Origin: a virus
Lineage: Duplodnaviria; Caudoviricetes
Length of the DNA: 38,216 nucleotides
Strand: one strand, 5' to 3'
Virus record (IMG/VR): IMGVR_UViG_3300034150_000093
Location: 1 to 38,216 of that record
Position numbers and translations under genes: made by a program. The number at the start of each line of letters is the position of its first letter. Position 1 is the stretch's first letter. Shown here in pieces: positions 9,879 to 18,438 of the stretch. A model generated the notes under the pieces. The model was not told the DNA's origin. It worked only from the letters and a program-made list of their open reading frames with translations, and did not search any database.

Positions 9879-10990
9879 CAGCAGGCGCTGTGCGCGTACA
9901 CGACATACATCATTGAGCGTGGAAGAACTGTGTCCGCAAGGATCGGGGATATATCCAAACCCAATTCCAGAAACATGGCAGAAACGATAGAGGTAGGCGC
10001 GGTCGATACGGAGGCGACGATCGGGACGTCCATGAACGCCACCTGCCCGAGAATGATCATGCCGTCAGCGCCGACTGTTGGTGCGACAATCGGTTCCAAG
10101 GTCAGAACTACTGGTTCTGGAATTAGTTCCAGCGGACCAGCTAAGAACGGTGCGGGAAACGGTGCGATGTCAGCTGTCAATTCAATGACTTGAATGCCGA
10201 ATGCGACCGGCGAACTGGTCGAAGATTCGGTGACAGTCAACTCCACCGACATTGACCCAGTGGTCATCGGTGAAGTGATCGCCGGACTGATCCCTGCCGT
10301 CAACTCCACCGACTCGGTGCCGAACGTCAGCGGCGACATGATCGGAGTGGACAAGGCGATGTCTAGGAGTGGTGCCAAAACCACCAAGGCGTTCAACGCT
10401 TGCGTTGAAAGCAAAGTTGTCGCCGTTTTCGAATACGTTCCAGCAACCACTGTTCCGTTTGTGTCATCGACGGCGTGACTGACATTCAACAGGATCAGTA
10501 GACCACCGGTCAGGTCTTGACGTTCGCTGTCACCCGCTGATGGAGTCCAGCCTAGGGCGAGAAGGTTTCGTCCGGTCCACGAACTGACCAGCCACGCGTT
10601 GTCGGGTGTTGTCAGGCTGGGTGTCGTATGCGATGTCAGCGACACCCCGTCAGCGTTCTGGGCTGCGTTGTAGACGACTCCGACACCACGGCCAGCCCAG
10701 CAGGTGGTGACGTACGCGGCCGATGTGAACGTCCACGTCCACGATGCCGGTTCACTGGACGCTGTTTTCTTGTACAGTCGGCATTGAAGGGTTGTTCCGA
10801 CGGTGTTGGTGCCAAGTGATTGTTCAACCCAACCGGCGGGTGCGGTGATGGTGCCGGTGTGGCCGATGGAAACGAACACCAGCAGCTGATCACCGTCGAC
10901 CACGCCGACCGGTTTGGTGACAACCGCTGATGTTCCTTGCGCTAAACCGTTGGCCACACCGGAAGAACCGACAAAGCTGATAGCGGCCAT
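9875..10990 (-). CDS. Virion accessory / minor tail protein
   Basis: 371 aa; KP.GVVDGD.LL...TAPAGW...EPASWTWT beta-rich N-terminus seen in phage structural proteins. Confidence 0.55.
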   Translation of the reverse strand: MAAISFVGSSGVANGLAQGTSAVVTKPVGVVDGDQLLVFVSIGHTGTITAPAGWVEQSLGTNTVGTTLQCRLYKKTASSEPASWTWTFTSAAYVTTCWAGRGVGVVYNAAQNADGVSLTSHTTPSLTTPDNAWLVSSWTGRNLLALGWTPSAGDSERQDLTGGLLILLNVSHAVDDTNGTVVAGTYSKTATTLLSTQALNALVVLAPLLDIALSTPIMSPLTFGTESVELTAGISPAITSPMTTGSMSVELTVTESSTSSPVAFGIQVIELTADIAPFPAPFLAGPLELIPEPVVLTLEPIVAPTVGADGMIILGQVAFMDVPIVASVSTAPTSIVSAMFLELGLDISPILADTVLPRSMMYVVYAHSACC

Positions 10991-10992
10991 GG

Positions 10993-11403
10993 CTAGGGGC
11001 AGGATCCGGCCAGCTGGTAGACAAACGTCGTGATCGCTACGTTAATATTTGTCCCATTCGGCAGTACTGGCAGACCGGCCATGGTGTCGATGTAGGCGAT
11101 CAGCCGGGAAGTAGCATCCACACCTGTGTGCCGGTACAAGATCAGCGCTTCGGACAGCGGACCAGCCACGCTCGGAAACACAAAAGGATCATGATCAAAC
11201 ACGCCGTCGACAATAGTCTTTCCCGAAACAGCGAGACTCACCGAAATTCTGGCCGGAGCAGCGACCGACGTCAGAAACTGGTGCGAAGAAGAGAACGCGT
11301 ACGACCCCGTATCAACCAGAATATATCGGCAATCATCGGAAGTCATATTGAACACACCGGTCAGAACACCATCGAGATATGGAAGATACAGCGAGTTGGC
11401 CAC
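10993..11403 (-). CDS. Putative structural protein
   Basis: 136 aa, GTG start with AAGGA RBS; coupled to the next gene. Confidence 0.55.
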   Translation of the reverse strand: MANSLYLPYLDGVLTGVFNMTSDDCRYILVDTGSYAFSSSHQFLTSVAAPARISVSLAVSGKTIVDGVFDHDPFVFPSVAGPLSEALILYRHTGVDATSRLIAYIDTMAGLPVLPNGTNINVAITTFVYQLAGSCP

Positions 11404-11474
11404 AGCCTGAATCCTTGCCGGTCACCCCCGTGTAGAACTGCGCCCATCATAGATCCTTTCCCGACACAAAGGAA

Positions 11475-11511
11475 GGGGCCTCCTGACCACGGGGATGAAT
11501 CAGGAGACCCC
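11475..11511 (-). terminator. Intrinsic terminator
   Basis: ggggtctcctga...tcaggaggcccc stem followed by ttccttt on the minus strand. A TATGAT box (11446-11451) follows it. Confidence 0.65.
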
Positions 11512-11548
11512 AGACTTCAGGATCGAATTAGCCTACGGCTTTCTCACC

Positions 11549-12124
11549 TTAGTACACGTAAACGTTCCCCGAAGTAGCGCCCGTCAACTGGTCGAAGAAC
11601 ACACCGGTCGCGGCACGCAAACCATTCGTGCCATAAGACACCAAGGCGGTTTCGTTCGCCGCCATGTTCCGGCACGCGATCTGGTTCGGTGCCGCAGCCG
11701 TGACAGCGTCGAACACCTGCCACTCGGCGGCAGCACCAGCAGTCTCAGCAGCCAAAATGCTGTCAACGGAAATCGCGCCGGTGTTCAGGAGAAGGTCGGC
11801 ACCCGCGAACGGAAGAGCCTTCAAGCTGCCGGTGCTGCCCAAAGTCACCGAAATGACAATGTCGCCACCGGTTGCCAGGACGGTAAGACCGGTAGCGAAC
11901 CGGATACCCATGTCCCAGTTGGCCTGGAAACTGCCGTTTGCAGCCAGGCGAACGGTAGCGATCAAAGCGCCTGATGCTGCCGTGTTCGCGAAGAACTCTA
12001 CAGTGACCGGGGCTGCGACAGCCGTCGTTTCGGACACTTCGATGTTGAACAAACCACCTGCGCCGGTACGGAGTGTGGCATTACCAGCAGCGGCGATGTT
12101 TGCGGAAACGTGCGAGAGAGCCAT
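11549..12124 (-). CDS. Structural/decoration-like protein with an internal duplication
   Basis: AAGGAG RBS before ATG 12124; two similar Ala-rich beta modules, ending GIRFATGL and GLRAATGV. Confidence 0.6.
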   Translation of the reverse strand: MALSHVSANIAAAGNATLRTGAGGLFNIEVSETTAVAAPVTVEFFANTAASGALIATVRLAANGSFQANWDMGIRFATGLTVLATGGDIVISVTLGSTGSLKALPFAGADLLLNTGAISVDSILAAETAGAAAEWQVFDAVTAAAPNQIACRNMAANETALVSYGTNGLRAATGVFFDQLTGATSGNVYVY

Positions 12125-12148
12125 TTGGTACTCCTTTGAGGGTGATGC

Positions 12149-12178
12149 GGGTGCCTCACCTGGAGAAGTGAGGCACCC
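12149..12178. other. Intergenic 11-bp hairpin after the major tail gene
   Basis: gggtgcctcac / gtgaggcaccc perfect inverted repeat. Confidence 0.7.
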
Positions 12179-12186
12179 TGAAATTT

Positions 12187-13128
12187 TTACGTGACGACGA
12201 TGTCGGCCGACGTGTAGGTAGGAGACGAGAAACCGGTCGGCGTGAACGTGGCATTGTAGGTGCCAGCCACATAGGTATGCGTCAACGACGTACCCGAGGT
12301 GACGATCACGTCGGCGGAAGCGTCTCCCCACGAAACTGAAGCCGGAAGGATCGGCGCGCCCTCATCGTCTAGTGGGAACGTCATCGTCCGCAGCACAGCA
12401 GCCAGACCAGTCAGCGGAAGAACCACCAGTACCGCAGGCAAAGCCTGGCAACCGCACACACCCTCAGGTGGGGCGAGGGTGGTCCAGAAGAACCTCTTAT
12501 GCACCTTCGGCCCGATCGACGTCAGCAGCGGGCCAGGAAGACCGGCATTAGCACCGGACTCGTTGATAAGCACATTGTACGGACCAACGCCCCACTGCGA
12601 GTTGCCTTTCGTGATCGCGTTGACCGTGAAAGTGGCGACCGCGTTCCCGAACGTCAAATCGGTGAGGACACCCTGACGCATGAACGGCAGAACACCATAA
12701 CCGTAGACGATGGAACCATCGTCGCACCCTTCGTCTTCGGTGCCGACCCAAAACTCCAAAGCGAAAAACGACAAATCCTGCGAACCGACTTCGGTGTCCC
12801 ATCCGACAGCTTCCGGAATTTCGGCGTCGTTGAGGACGATCGGGTCGGCGGTCATGATGTTCAACAGTTCCGGGTCAACCAGACAGAACTGTAGGTTGAC
12901 CTCGTACCACCGAAGGATCGGACCCTTCGGCTTGTCGACGCAAATGTTACCGTTCGCGGTCAGCTGCAAAGCATCCTGGCGGTCCTGGTTCACTTTCGTC
13001 AACGTGATGTCGACGAAACCTTCAGAGGTTGCCGAAACGCACGCCGATTCGACAACAACCCCACATTCGTCGAGGCGGGTCACCCGAACAGCTGGTGCCC
13101 GGACAACACTGTGGCACTGTGCGACCAT
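12187..13128 (-). CDS. Major tail protein with a C-terminal PKD/Ig-like domain
   Basis: RVTRLDECG, FCLVDP, FALEFW motifs; C-terminal VSWGD....THTY..GTY PKD signature. Confidence 0.8.
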   Translation of the reverse strand: MVAQCHSVVRAPAVRVTRLDECGVVVESACVSATSEGFVDITLTKVNQDRQDALQLTANGNICVDKPKGPILRWYEVNLQFCLVDPELLNIMTADPIVLNDAEIPEAVGWDTEVGSQDLSFFALEFWVGTEDEGCDDGSIVYGYGVLPFMRQGVLTDLTFGNAVATFTVNAITKGNSQWGVGPYNVLINESGANAGLPGPLLTSIGPKVHKRFFWTTLAPPEGVCGCQALPAVLVVLPLTGLAAVLRTMTFPLDDEGAPILPASVSWGDASADVIVTSGTSLTHTYVAGTYNATFTPTGFSSPTYTSADIVVT

Positions 13129-13382
13129 TACTGGCCCTCCACATTCTTCTTCGGGCGACCACGGCGAGGAACGGCGACGATAGTCGGGGTTTCCTCTTCA
13201 GTTGGCGCTACTTCGGTCCGGTTCGTGAATTCGACGAACCGGTCGTACAGTTCATCGGAGATCAGGAATCCAGGCTGTGGCCGGGAAACGTACTGAACTT
13301 CCGAAGGGTGAGCTGCCAGCAGCAGTAGATGCTGGGCGATGATGGTCAGGTTTCCCTGCTCCGGGACGATTGTTACGGCCAC
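13128..13382 (-). CDS. Small virion-module protein
   Basis: GTG at 13382 overlaps the upstream gene end; basic RRGRPKK tail. Confidence 0.55.
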   Translation of the reverse strand: MAVTIVPEQGNLTIIAQHLLLLAAHPSEVQYVSRPQPGFLISDELYDRFVEFTNRTEVAPTEEETPTIVAVPRRGRPKKNVEGQ

Positions 13383-14209
13383 AATGTCACCGTTTTCGCG
13401 AAGATGCCGCATTCGAACGCGACCACATAGGGACGTTCGACCAAGGTCATCATCTGGTTCGTGGTTCGGTTGAACACGCCTTCAACTGGCGCGTCGATGA
13501 TCTTCGAGTCGGGGCTGCGCCACACGGTCGTCTGACCTGTCGCATACATCCAGAACGTACCGTTAGCAGGGGCGACACCAACTGGACTCAAGTTCGCGTA
13601 ACAACCGGCGGAAACAATACTTCCCATCGGGGTGCGCCACCGCAGACCGTCGAACTCGATCAGGTGCTCAACCTTCAGCTCGTTCAAAACGGCCAACGGT
13701 GCGTGGATGTAAGCTTGCGGCCCGTAACTTCCGGTGCAGTACACGGCATTTTCCAACTCCGACAACACATCGCCGACCGTGACACCGCCACCTGCGACAG
13801 TGACCGCAGCGGCATTGTTCGCCAAAGACGGTGCCTGAGCGAACGTTCCGGCCGAGAAAATCTGCTCGACAACGGTCTGTTCGACAGAGAACAAACGTTC
13901 ACGAGCGAACCGGTTCTGTTCGGCGAAGTCGTAACCGACCGTCCCGCACTGAACGGTGGCGTAGACGACAAACGGAACGCCGACAACAGTGTTCAAGCCG
14001 GTACTGAACGTTTTCGAACCCAAACTGGTCAAACAGTTGACTTCGTATCCGAAACCTGGACCACAGACACCAGTCACATATCGCAAACCGCCGGTGATGG
14101 CGTGGTCCGGCAAATCCAAAGGCCCTACAGCAGCCTGAAGCAGTCCGTAGCGCAGCGGAAACTCAGGTGTCGGCTTGTCGATGAGCATCGGCGGCATGAT
14201 CGCTACCAT
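13373..14209 (-). CDS. Second capsid-type protein (possible capsid pentamer protein)
   Basis: 278 aa with GAGGAGG RBS, directly after the major capsid; resembles the two-capsid-gene layout of cluster-B-like actinophages (inference). Confidence 0.55.
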   Translation of the reverse strand: MVAIMPPMLIDKPTPEFPLRYGLLQAAVGPLDLPDHAITGGLRYVTGVCGPGFGYEVNCLTSLGSKTFSTGLNTVVGVPFVVYATVQCGTVGYDFAEQNRFARERLFSVEQTVVEQIFSAGTFAQAPSLANNAAAVTVAGGGVTVGDVLSELENAVYCTGSYGPQAYIHAPLAVLNELKVEHLIEFDGLRWRTPMGSIVSAGCYANLSPVGVAPANGTFWMYATGQTTVWRSPDSKIIDAPVEGVFNRTTNQMMTLVERPYVVAFECGIFAKTVTLWP

Positions 14210-14256
14210 TTTTGTTCCACCTCCTCGAAAAAGTGGGAAAGTAACTCGTAAAGAAG

Positions 14257-14285
14257 AGGAGCCCAGCCCAAAAAACTGGGCTCCT
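14257..14285 (-). terminator. Terminator/attenuator after the major capsid gene
   Basis: aggagcccag/ctgggctcct stem followed by cttcttt. Confidence 0.6.
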
Positions 14286-14297
14286 TCTCCTTACTTG

Positions 14298-16040
14298 TTA
14301 CGCGCAGGACACGAGACGCTGAGCGCCCGTGGAACCGCTCGGGCAGATCGGGACCGTGTACGCACGCGAGAACTGGCACATGCGCATCGGCTTGAAACCG
14401 TCCTCGACAAAAATCTGCGTCACCTTGTTCTGGGCCAGGTTCGTGCTGTCGTACACGAGGTCAAGACGGATAACCGACTGACGACCGACAACCCAGGTGC
14501 CCGGAAGGTAGATCAAGAACGCGACCGAGAACGGCAGCGACGTGATCGGGGTGGCGTTACCGGCCTGGTTCGCGGCTGCGAGAGCGCCCGGGTTGAACGC
14601 GTCCTGCCAGTCGTACACGAATTCGACGTTCGCGCCACGCTGGGAGAACATCGCCACCAGCTCGGAGTCCGCGATGTCGTTGTTCGCGCGGGCGTTCTCG
14701 CGAACGTAGTCGGCACGCAACTGGGCGAGAATCCAGTACGGCAACTTCACGTCGAACGACTGGTTCCGGTTGGTCCGGTACGCGTACCGAAGGTCCATCA
14801 CAGCCATCTCGACAGCTGACAGCAGCTGGGAAAGGACAGTGCCGTCCGACGTCCACGGGTTGACAGCTGCCAAAGGAACAGCGGTGGACCCAGTGACGAT
14901 CGCGTTGATGATCTCACGGTTGACGAGGTGAGCCATCGCATCCATGGCACCAGACACGAACGTGGACACGAACTCCGGGTAGCCACGGTTCTGCAAAAGC
15001 GAACCGGTCAAACACAGAGCGGCAACATTCAGTCGGTCATCGACAAACGTGGGACACGGAATGTCCAGGCACGTCTTCGCCGTACCCGAAATGACTTCGG
15101 CTTCGGTGAGGATGTTGTAGCCGGGGATCGGCAACACCAGGTCGTTGTTGAAGAAGTCCCCGAAGTCGAGCCCCTGGTTGTGGAGGAGTCCGCCACGGTT
15201 CAGGACCATCGACGGGAACGTCGCGATACCGTCAGCGGTGATCGGCGAACAGATCGAGTAGTCGGGCGGCGAAGGAGCACACCATCCGACGTTCGCAGCC
15301 TCCAGGGACTGGAGGCCGTTCGCGACAGCTTCCAGCTTGCTGAACGCCGACTCGTGGTCGTCGCGGGCAAGAATGGTGTGGGTGTCGGGGGCGTTGCGTC
15401 GGAACCGCGCGATAGTGTCCTGGGTACGAACCCGCGACACCTGCGACTTACCGGCATGCCCCATAGCCGCCTGGTCGATGGCGAGTCCAAGCTGCGCCCA
15501 GTCCATGACCTGGTTGTGGTCGACACGGTTGTGGTTATCGAGGATCAGAGGCGCGGCGGCGACGATCGAAAACTCTTCGAACGCCTTGCCGTCCTTGATA
15601 TCAACGTCAGGCTGGTACGGTGCCACGTCGGCAACACCAGGGGTCCGAGCGACCGTTGAACCGGCCGCGACAACGGTTGCGGAAACCAGGTCGGTAGCAC
15701 GGCCCTGCACGGACGGGGTCGTCACCGTGGACGCGGCGTCCTTGACACCGGTCTCGTCGAACTGGGGCTGCTCGACAGGGGTGTTGACGGCAGACGCCCG
15801 GACGGGGATCGGGGTGTTGAAACCGGTAGCGTTGGCTTCGCGGGCGTCAAGCTCGGCGTCGACATCGCCGATGAACGAAGCCAGCATGGTGATCTGCTCA
15901 ACCTGCTCAGCGGTGGCGGTCTCCTGGGTAGCGGACGCGCGGATAGCGACAACCTCAGCCTCAGCGATGTTGCGCAAGTCTTCGAGACCTGCGACACCGA
16001 ACTTGGACAGGTTGTCCTTGTCCGGGATGGTGAATGCCAT
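14298..16040 (-). CDS. Major capsid protein with a fused N-terminal scaffold-like region
   Basis: AAGGAG RBS before ATG 16040; GWCAPS, KTC..IPCP.F, GN/SLL.NRGYPE and YDST.L..N motifs; strong C/G-ending codon bias. Confidence 0.85.
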   Translation of the reverse strand: MAFTIPDKDNLSKFGVAGLEDLRNIAEAEVVAIRASATQETATAEQVEQITMLASFIGDVDAELDAREANATGFNTPIPVRASAVNTPVEQPQFDETGVKDAASTVTTPSVQGRATDLVSATVVAAGSTVARTPGVADVAPYQPDVDIKDGKAFEEFSIVAAAPLILDNHNRVDHNQVMDWAQLGLAIDQAAMGHAGKSQVSRVRTQDTIARFRRNAPDTHTILARDDHESAFSKLEAVANGLQSLEAANVGWCAPSPPDYSICSPITADGIATFPSMVLNRGGLLHNQGLDFGDFFNNDLVLPIPGYNILTEAEVISGTAKTCLDIPCPTFVDDRLNVAALCLTGSLLQNRGYPEFVSTFVSGAMDAMAHLVNREIINAIVTGSTAVPLAAVNPWTSDGTVLSQLLSAVEMAVMDLRYAYRTNRNQSFDVKLPYWILAQLRADYVRENARANNDIADSELVAMFSQRGANVEFVYDWQDAFNPGALAAANQAGNATPITSLPFSVAFLIYLPGTWVVGRQSVIRLDLVYDSTNLAQNKVTQIFVEDGFKPMRMCQFSRAYTVPICPSGSTGAQRLVSCA

Positions 16041-16145
16041 GATGGATTCTCCTTGATGGATGGGAAGTTTCGGGTCGCCGACTCCGAAGAGCCGGTGTTT
16101 TTCCGGTGTTCTTCGGGTAGGTTCGAAACACATCACCCAGGTGTA

Positions 16146-16167
16146 AACATAGCCGACTTGGTCGGCT
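16146..16167 (-). promoter_or_regulatory. Putative capsid promoter -10 (TATGTT) with an abutting palindrome
   Basis: aacata at 16146-16151; AGCCGAC-ttg-GTCGGCT at 16151-16167. Confidence 0.45.
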
Positions 16168-16236
16168 TTGTCGATCAACCTACAAAGTTGGTACTTCCCC
16201 CTTCCTCCAGGTGTCGGTGTGTGTTAGTGTTTAACC

Positions 16237-16407
16237 ATGGAGCTGAGTAAGGGGCACCTCGAAGTCGTCATGGAACTGCTGTTCGACGAGCGACACAGAC
16301 CGCAAGGCGGAGGCAACGCGTGTGGCAATGGAAAAACCCGCAAGGAGATGCTTGTCATGGTTGACGAGATCTACGACACCCTGTACTGCAAGTGGAAGAA
16401 GATGTGA
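16237..16407 (+). CDS. Hypothetical protein, 56 aa (leaderless)
   Basis: TAGTGT-ttaacc-ATG; MELSKGHLEVVMELLFDERH...; too short for the ORF track. Confidence 0.55.
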   Translation: MELSKGHLEVVMELLFDERHRPQGGGNACGNGKTRKEMLVMVDEIYDTLYCKWKKM

Positions 16408-16408
16408 G

Positions 16409-16552
16409 ATGGAAGTTCCAGAACTGGAGAAGAACTCGCAAGACCCGACATGGCCGGACACTTATTCACCGTGTGAAATGTACGGCCACAACTGGTATGA
16501 GGATGAGATACCTCACCGCTGCGCAGAATGTGGATATCAAGAAAGACTCTGA
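16409..16552 (+). CDS. Small Zn-binding-like protein
   Basis: C..GH.W...CAECG pattern; ATG 1 nt after the previous stop. Confidence 0.5.
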   Translation: MEVPELEKNSQDPTWPDTYSPCEMYGHNWYEDEIPHRCAECGYQERL

Positions 16553-16564
16553 AAGGAACGGAAA

Positions 16565-17086
16565 ATGAAACCACTGTGGTTACTCGACATCGACGGTGTC
16601 GTCAACGCGGTCCCGTTCATCCTCGACGACACACCGAACACGTGGCCTGAGAACTCCTGGATTCGCAAGGACGTATCCAACGAGTTCGGGACCTGGCCGA
16701 TCCTGGCAGCGAAGCCGGTGCTGGATTTCATCACCGAAATTCACGAATCCGGGTTGGCTGAGATCCGGTGGCACAGTTCGTGGCAGGAAGATTCCTTGGA
16801 CGTCGGTGACGCTCTAGGTTTGCCGACATTCCATATTCAGCCGTGCCTGGAAGCGATGAAAAACGAGAAATTTGGCTGGTGGAAGCTTCACACCGTGCTA
16901 CGGGAACTGGCAGATGATCGAACGGTCCTGTGGACCGACGATGATATCAATGTTGAAATTCCTGGAAAAACTTTGGACATGCTCGGATCAACTGTCGGAT
17001 TCAAGGTGGTCGTCCCGGCTTCTGCTACCGGTCTGACGCCGAACGATCTCGTAGATATCATATATTTCCTGGAGGAGAACCGATGA
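16565..17086 (+). CDS. HAD-family phosphatase (Swiss-Army-Knife RNA-repair-like HAD domain)
   Basis: LLDIDGVVN motif I, W.SSW motif II, WWK, WTDDD motif IV; AAGGA RBS. Confidence 0.8.
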   Translation: MKPLWLLDIDGVVNAVPFILDDTPNTWPENSWIRKDVSNEFGTWPILAAKPVLDFITEIHESGLAEIRWHSSWQEDSLDVGDALGLPTFHIQPCLEAMKNEKFGWWKLHTVLRELADDRTVLWTDDDINVEIPGKTLDMLGSTVGFKVVVPASATGLTPNDLVDIIYFLEENR

Positions 17087-17250
17087 TGTTCGTGGAAATG
17101 AGCGACTCGCAGGCTGATCTGCTACTCATTCTGGCCCGCGATGAGGCACGTAGCATCGAATCGGGGCACATCACTTACGACGAGCCCATGGAGGTCCTGG
17201 AGGATTTGTATGCCATCTTGGAGCAGCTGGCTAACGCGGGTGCGTCGTGA
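17083..17250 (+). CDS. Hypothetical protein, 55 aa
   Basis: GGAGGAG RBS; ATGA/GTGA overlaps at both ends. Confidence 0.55.
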   Translation: MMFVEMSDSQADLLLILARDEARSIESGHITYDEPMEVLEDLYAILEQLANAGAS

Positions 17251-17603
17251 CGGTCACCACATTGTCGACTTCTCCTCCGTGGTGCCCGAGAGGTCACTGT
17301 CACACGGAAATGGATGCGATGCTCGCCCTGGGCGAGGCGATCACGAAAGGTTACACAGTTACACCGGAAGTGTGGGAATGTGACTTGTGTGGCTGGTTTC
17401 ATTTCGGGGCCGTCCGCAGAATTCCGGACCGCTGCAAGTCGACGTCGAAGGTTCCTTTTCCTACCGAGGAAGATGCTCGTTCTGCTTTGGCCGCTAGGAT
17501 GCTGGCTGCGGCCAATGGAAATGTTCGACGCACCGAAAAGGGCATCTATCACTGCAGGTTCTGTAGCCGCTGGCATTTGACCAGCAACGAAGAGGGCAAA
17601 TGA
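17247..17603 (+). CDS. Protein with two Zn-ribbon-like repeats
   Basis: WECDLCGWFH and YHCRFCSRWHLTS. Confidence 0.6.
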   Translation: MTVTTLSTSPPWCPRGHCHTEMDAMLALGEAITKGYTVTPEVWECDLCGWFHFGAVRRIPDRCKSTSKVPFPTEEDARSALAARMLAAANGNVRRTEKGIYHCRFCSRWHLTSNEEGK

Positions 17604-17779
17604 GTCATGAGATGCGTAGCCGTCAGCACAGAGTTTCCGGGGGTCATCGACGGAACAATGGTGTTTACGGTACTCGCGGGAACCATGCTGCCAAACCGGG
17701 ATGCTTCCCCATCATTCTGATCATGATAGTTTTGCCGATCGTAATCGTGGCCGGTGGACTATACGCACTGAAAGGTTGA
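17600..17779 (+). CDS. Small membrane protein, 59 aa
   Basis: ATGA overlap; basic N-terminus, then GCFPIILIMIVLPIVIVAGG. Confidence 0.55.
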   Translation: MSHEMRSRQHRVSGGHRRNNGVYGTRGNHAAKPGCFPIILIMIVLPIVIVAGGLYALKG

Positions 17780-17955
17780 TGATGAAATTTATCAAAATTG
17801 GCTTATGGGCCATCGCTTACGCCGCAACATTCTACGCACTCTTCGGTGCCGCCCACATCGAAAACCCGTTCATCGCCGTCCCCGTCGTCGCGGTTCTCGT
17901 TGGTGTCGCATGGTGGATTCTCCGAAAGGCAGGAAAGGTCGCCAATGACGTATGA
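17779..17955 (+). CDS. Small two-helix membrane protein
   Basis: TGATG overlap; two hydrophobic segments. Confidence 0.6.
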   Translation: MMKFIKIGLWAIAYAATFYALFGAAHIENPFIAVPVVAVLVGVAWWILRKAGKVANDV

Positions 17956-18142
17956 ACCACTCAAGCCTCGCAAGCCCGGTAAGACCGGCGGAAGTGCTTA
18001 CAACAAAGTCAACCGGTCCACGCACGCGTCCGCGCGTGTGCATCAGAAAGCCAACAAGTCAGGTTGCCTCGGAATCCTCATCGTCTTCTTCGTGATTTCA
18101 GTCACGGTAGCCGGTGGAACTGTGGCCAGCCTGCTAAGCTGA
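17945..18142 (+). CDS. Small membrane protein, 65 aa
   Basis: Basic N-terminus, then GCLGILIVFFVISVTVAGG. Confidence 0.55.
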   Translation: MTYEPLKPRKPGKTGGSAYNKVNRSTHASARVHQKANKSGCLGILIVFFVISVTVAGGTVASLLS

Positions 18143-18216
18143 ACACATCAAACAATCACTTCGGTGAAAGTTCGGTCGTGCCAGACAGCCTCCAGAGATG
18201 GGGGCTGTTGTGGTTA

Positions 18217-18259
18217 AAAGAAGACCCCTGAGATCGGAAGAATTTCAGGGGTCTTCTTT
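18217..18259. terminator. Bidirectional terminator between convergent operons
   Basis: aaagaagacccctga...tcaggggtcttcttt; a second hairpin lies at 18185-18208. Confidence 0.8.
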
Positions 18260-18261
18260 GA

Positions 18262-18438
18262 TCATCGGGTGACGGTGTAGCCGACCTTCGAAGCGGCAGA
18301 CCTCATCGCCGCGTACACCTTGTCACGTTCGGCTTTCTCCTGCGCCGACGACATCACCGAAACCACGGTTCCGTCGGGCATCTTCGCGTCATAGGCACCG
18401 CTGACGCTTTTCACCTCATCCGGGCGACCACAACACAT
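18262..18438 (-). CDS. Small protein, 58 aa (MCCGRPDE...)
   Basis: TGATG overlap with the protease stop; ends at the terminator. Confidence 0.6.
   Translation of the reverse strand: MCCGRPDEVKSVSGAYDAKMPDGTVVSVMSSAQEKAERDKVYAAMRSAASKVGYTVTR

Noticed and set aside
16041-16178. N-terminal extension of the capsid ORF as given in the ORF track
   Set aside because: A strong RBS precedes ATG 16040, and the upstream part looks like promoter and leader.
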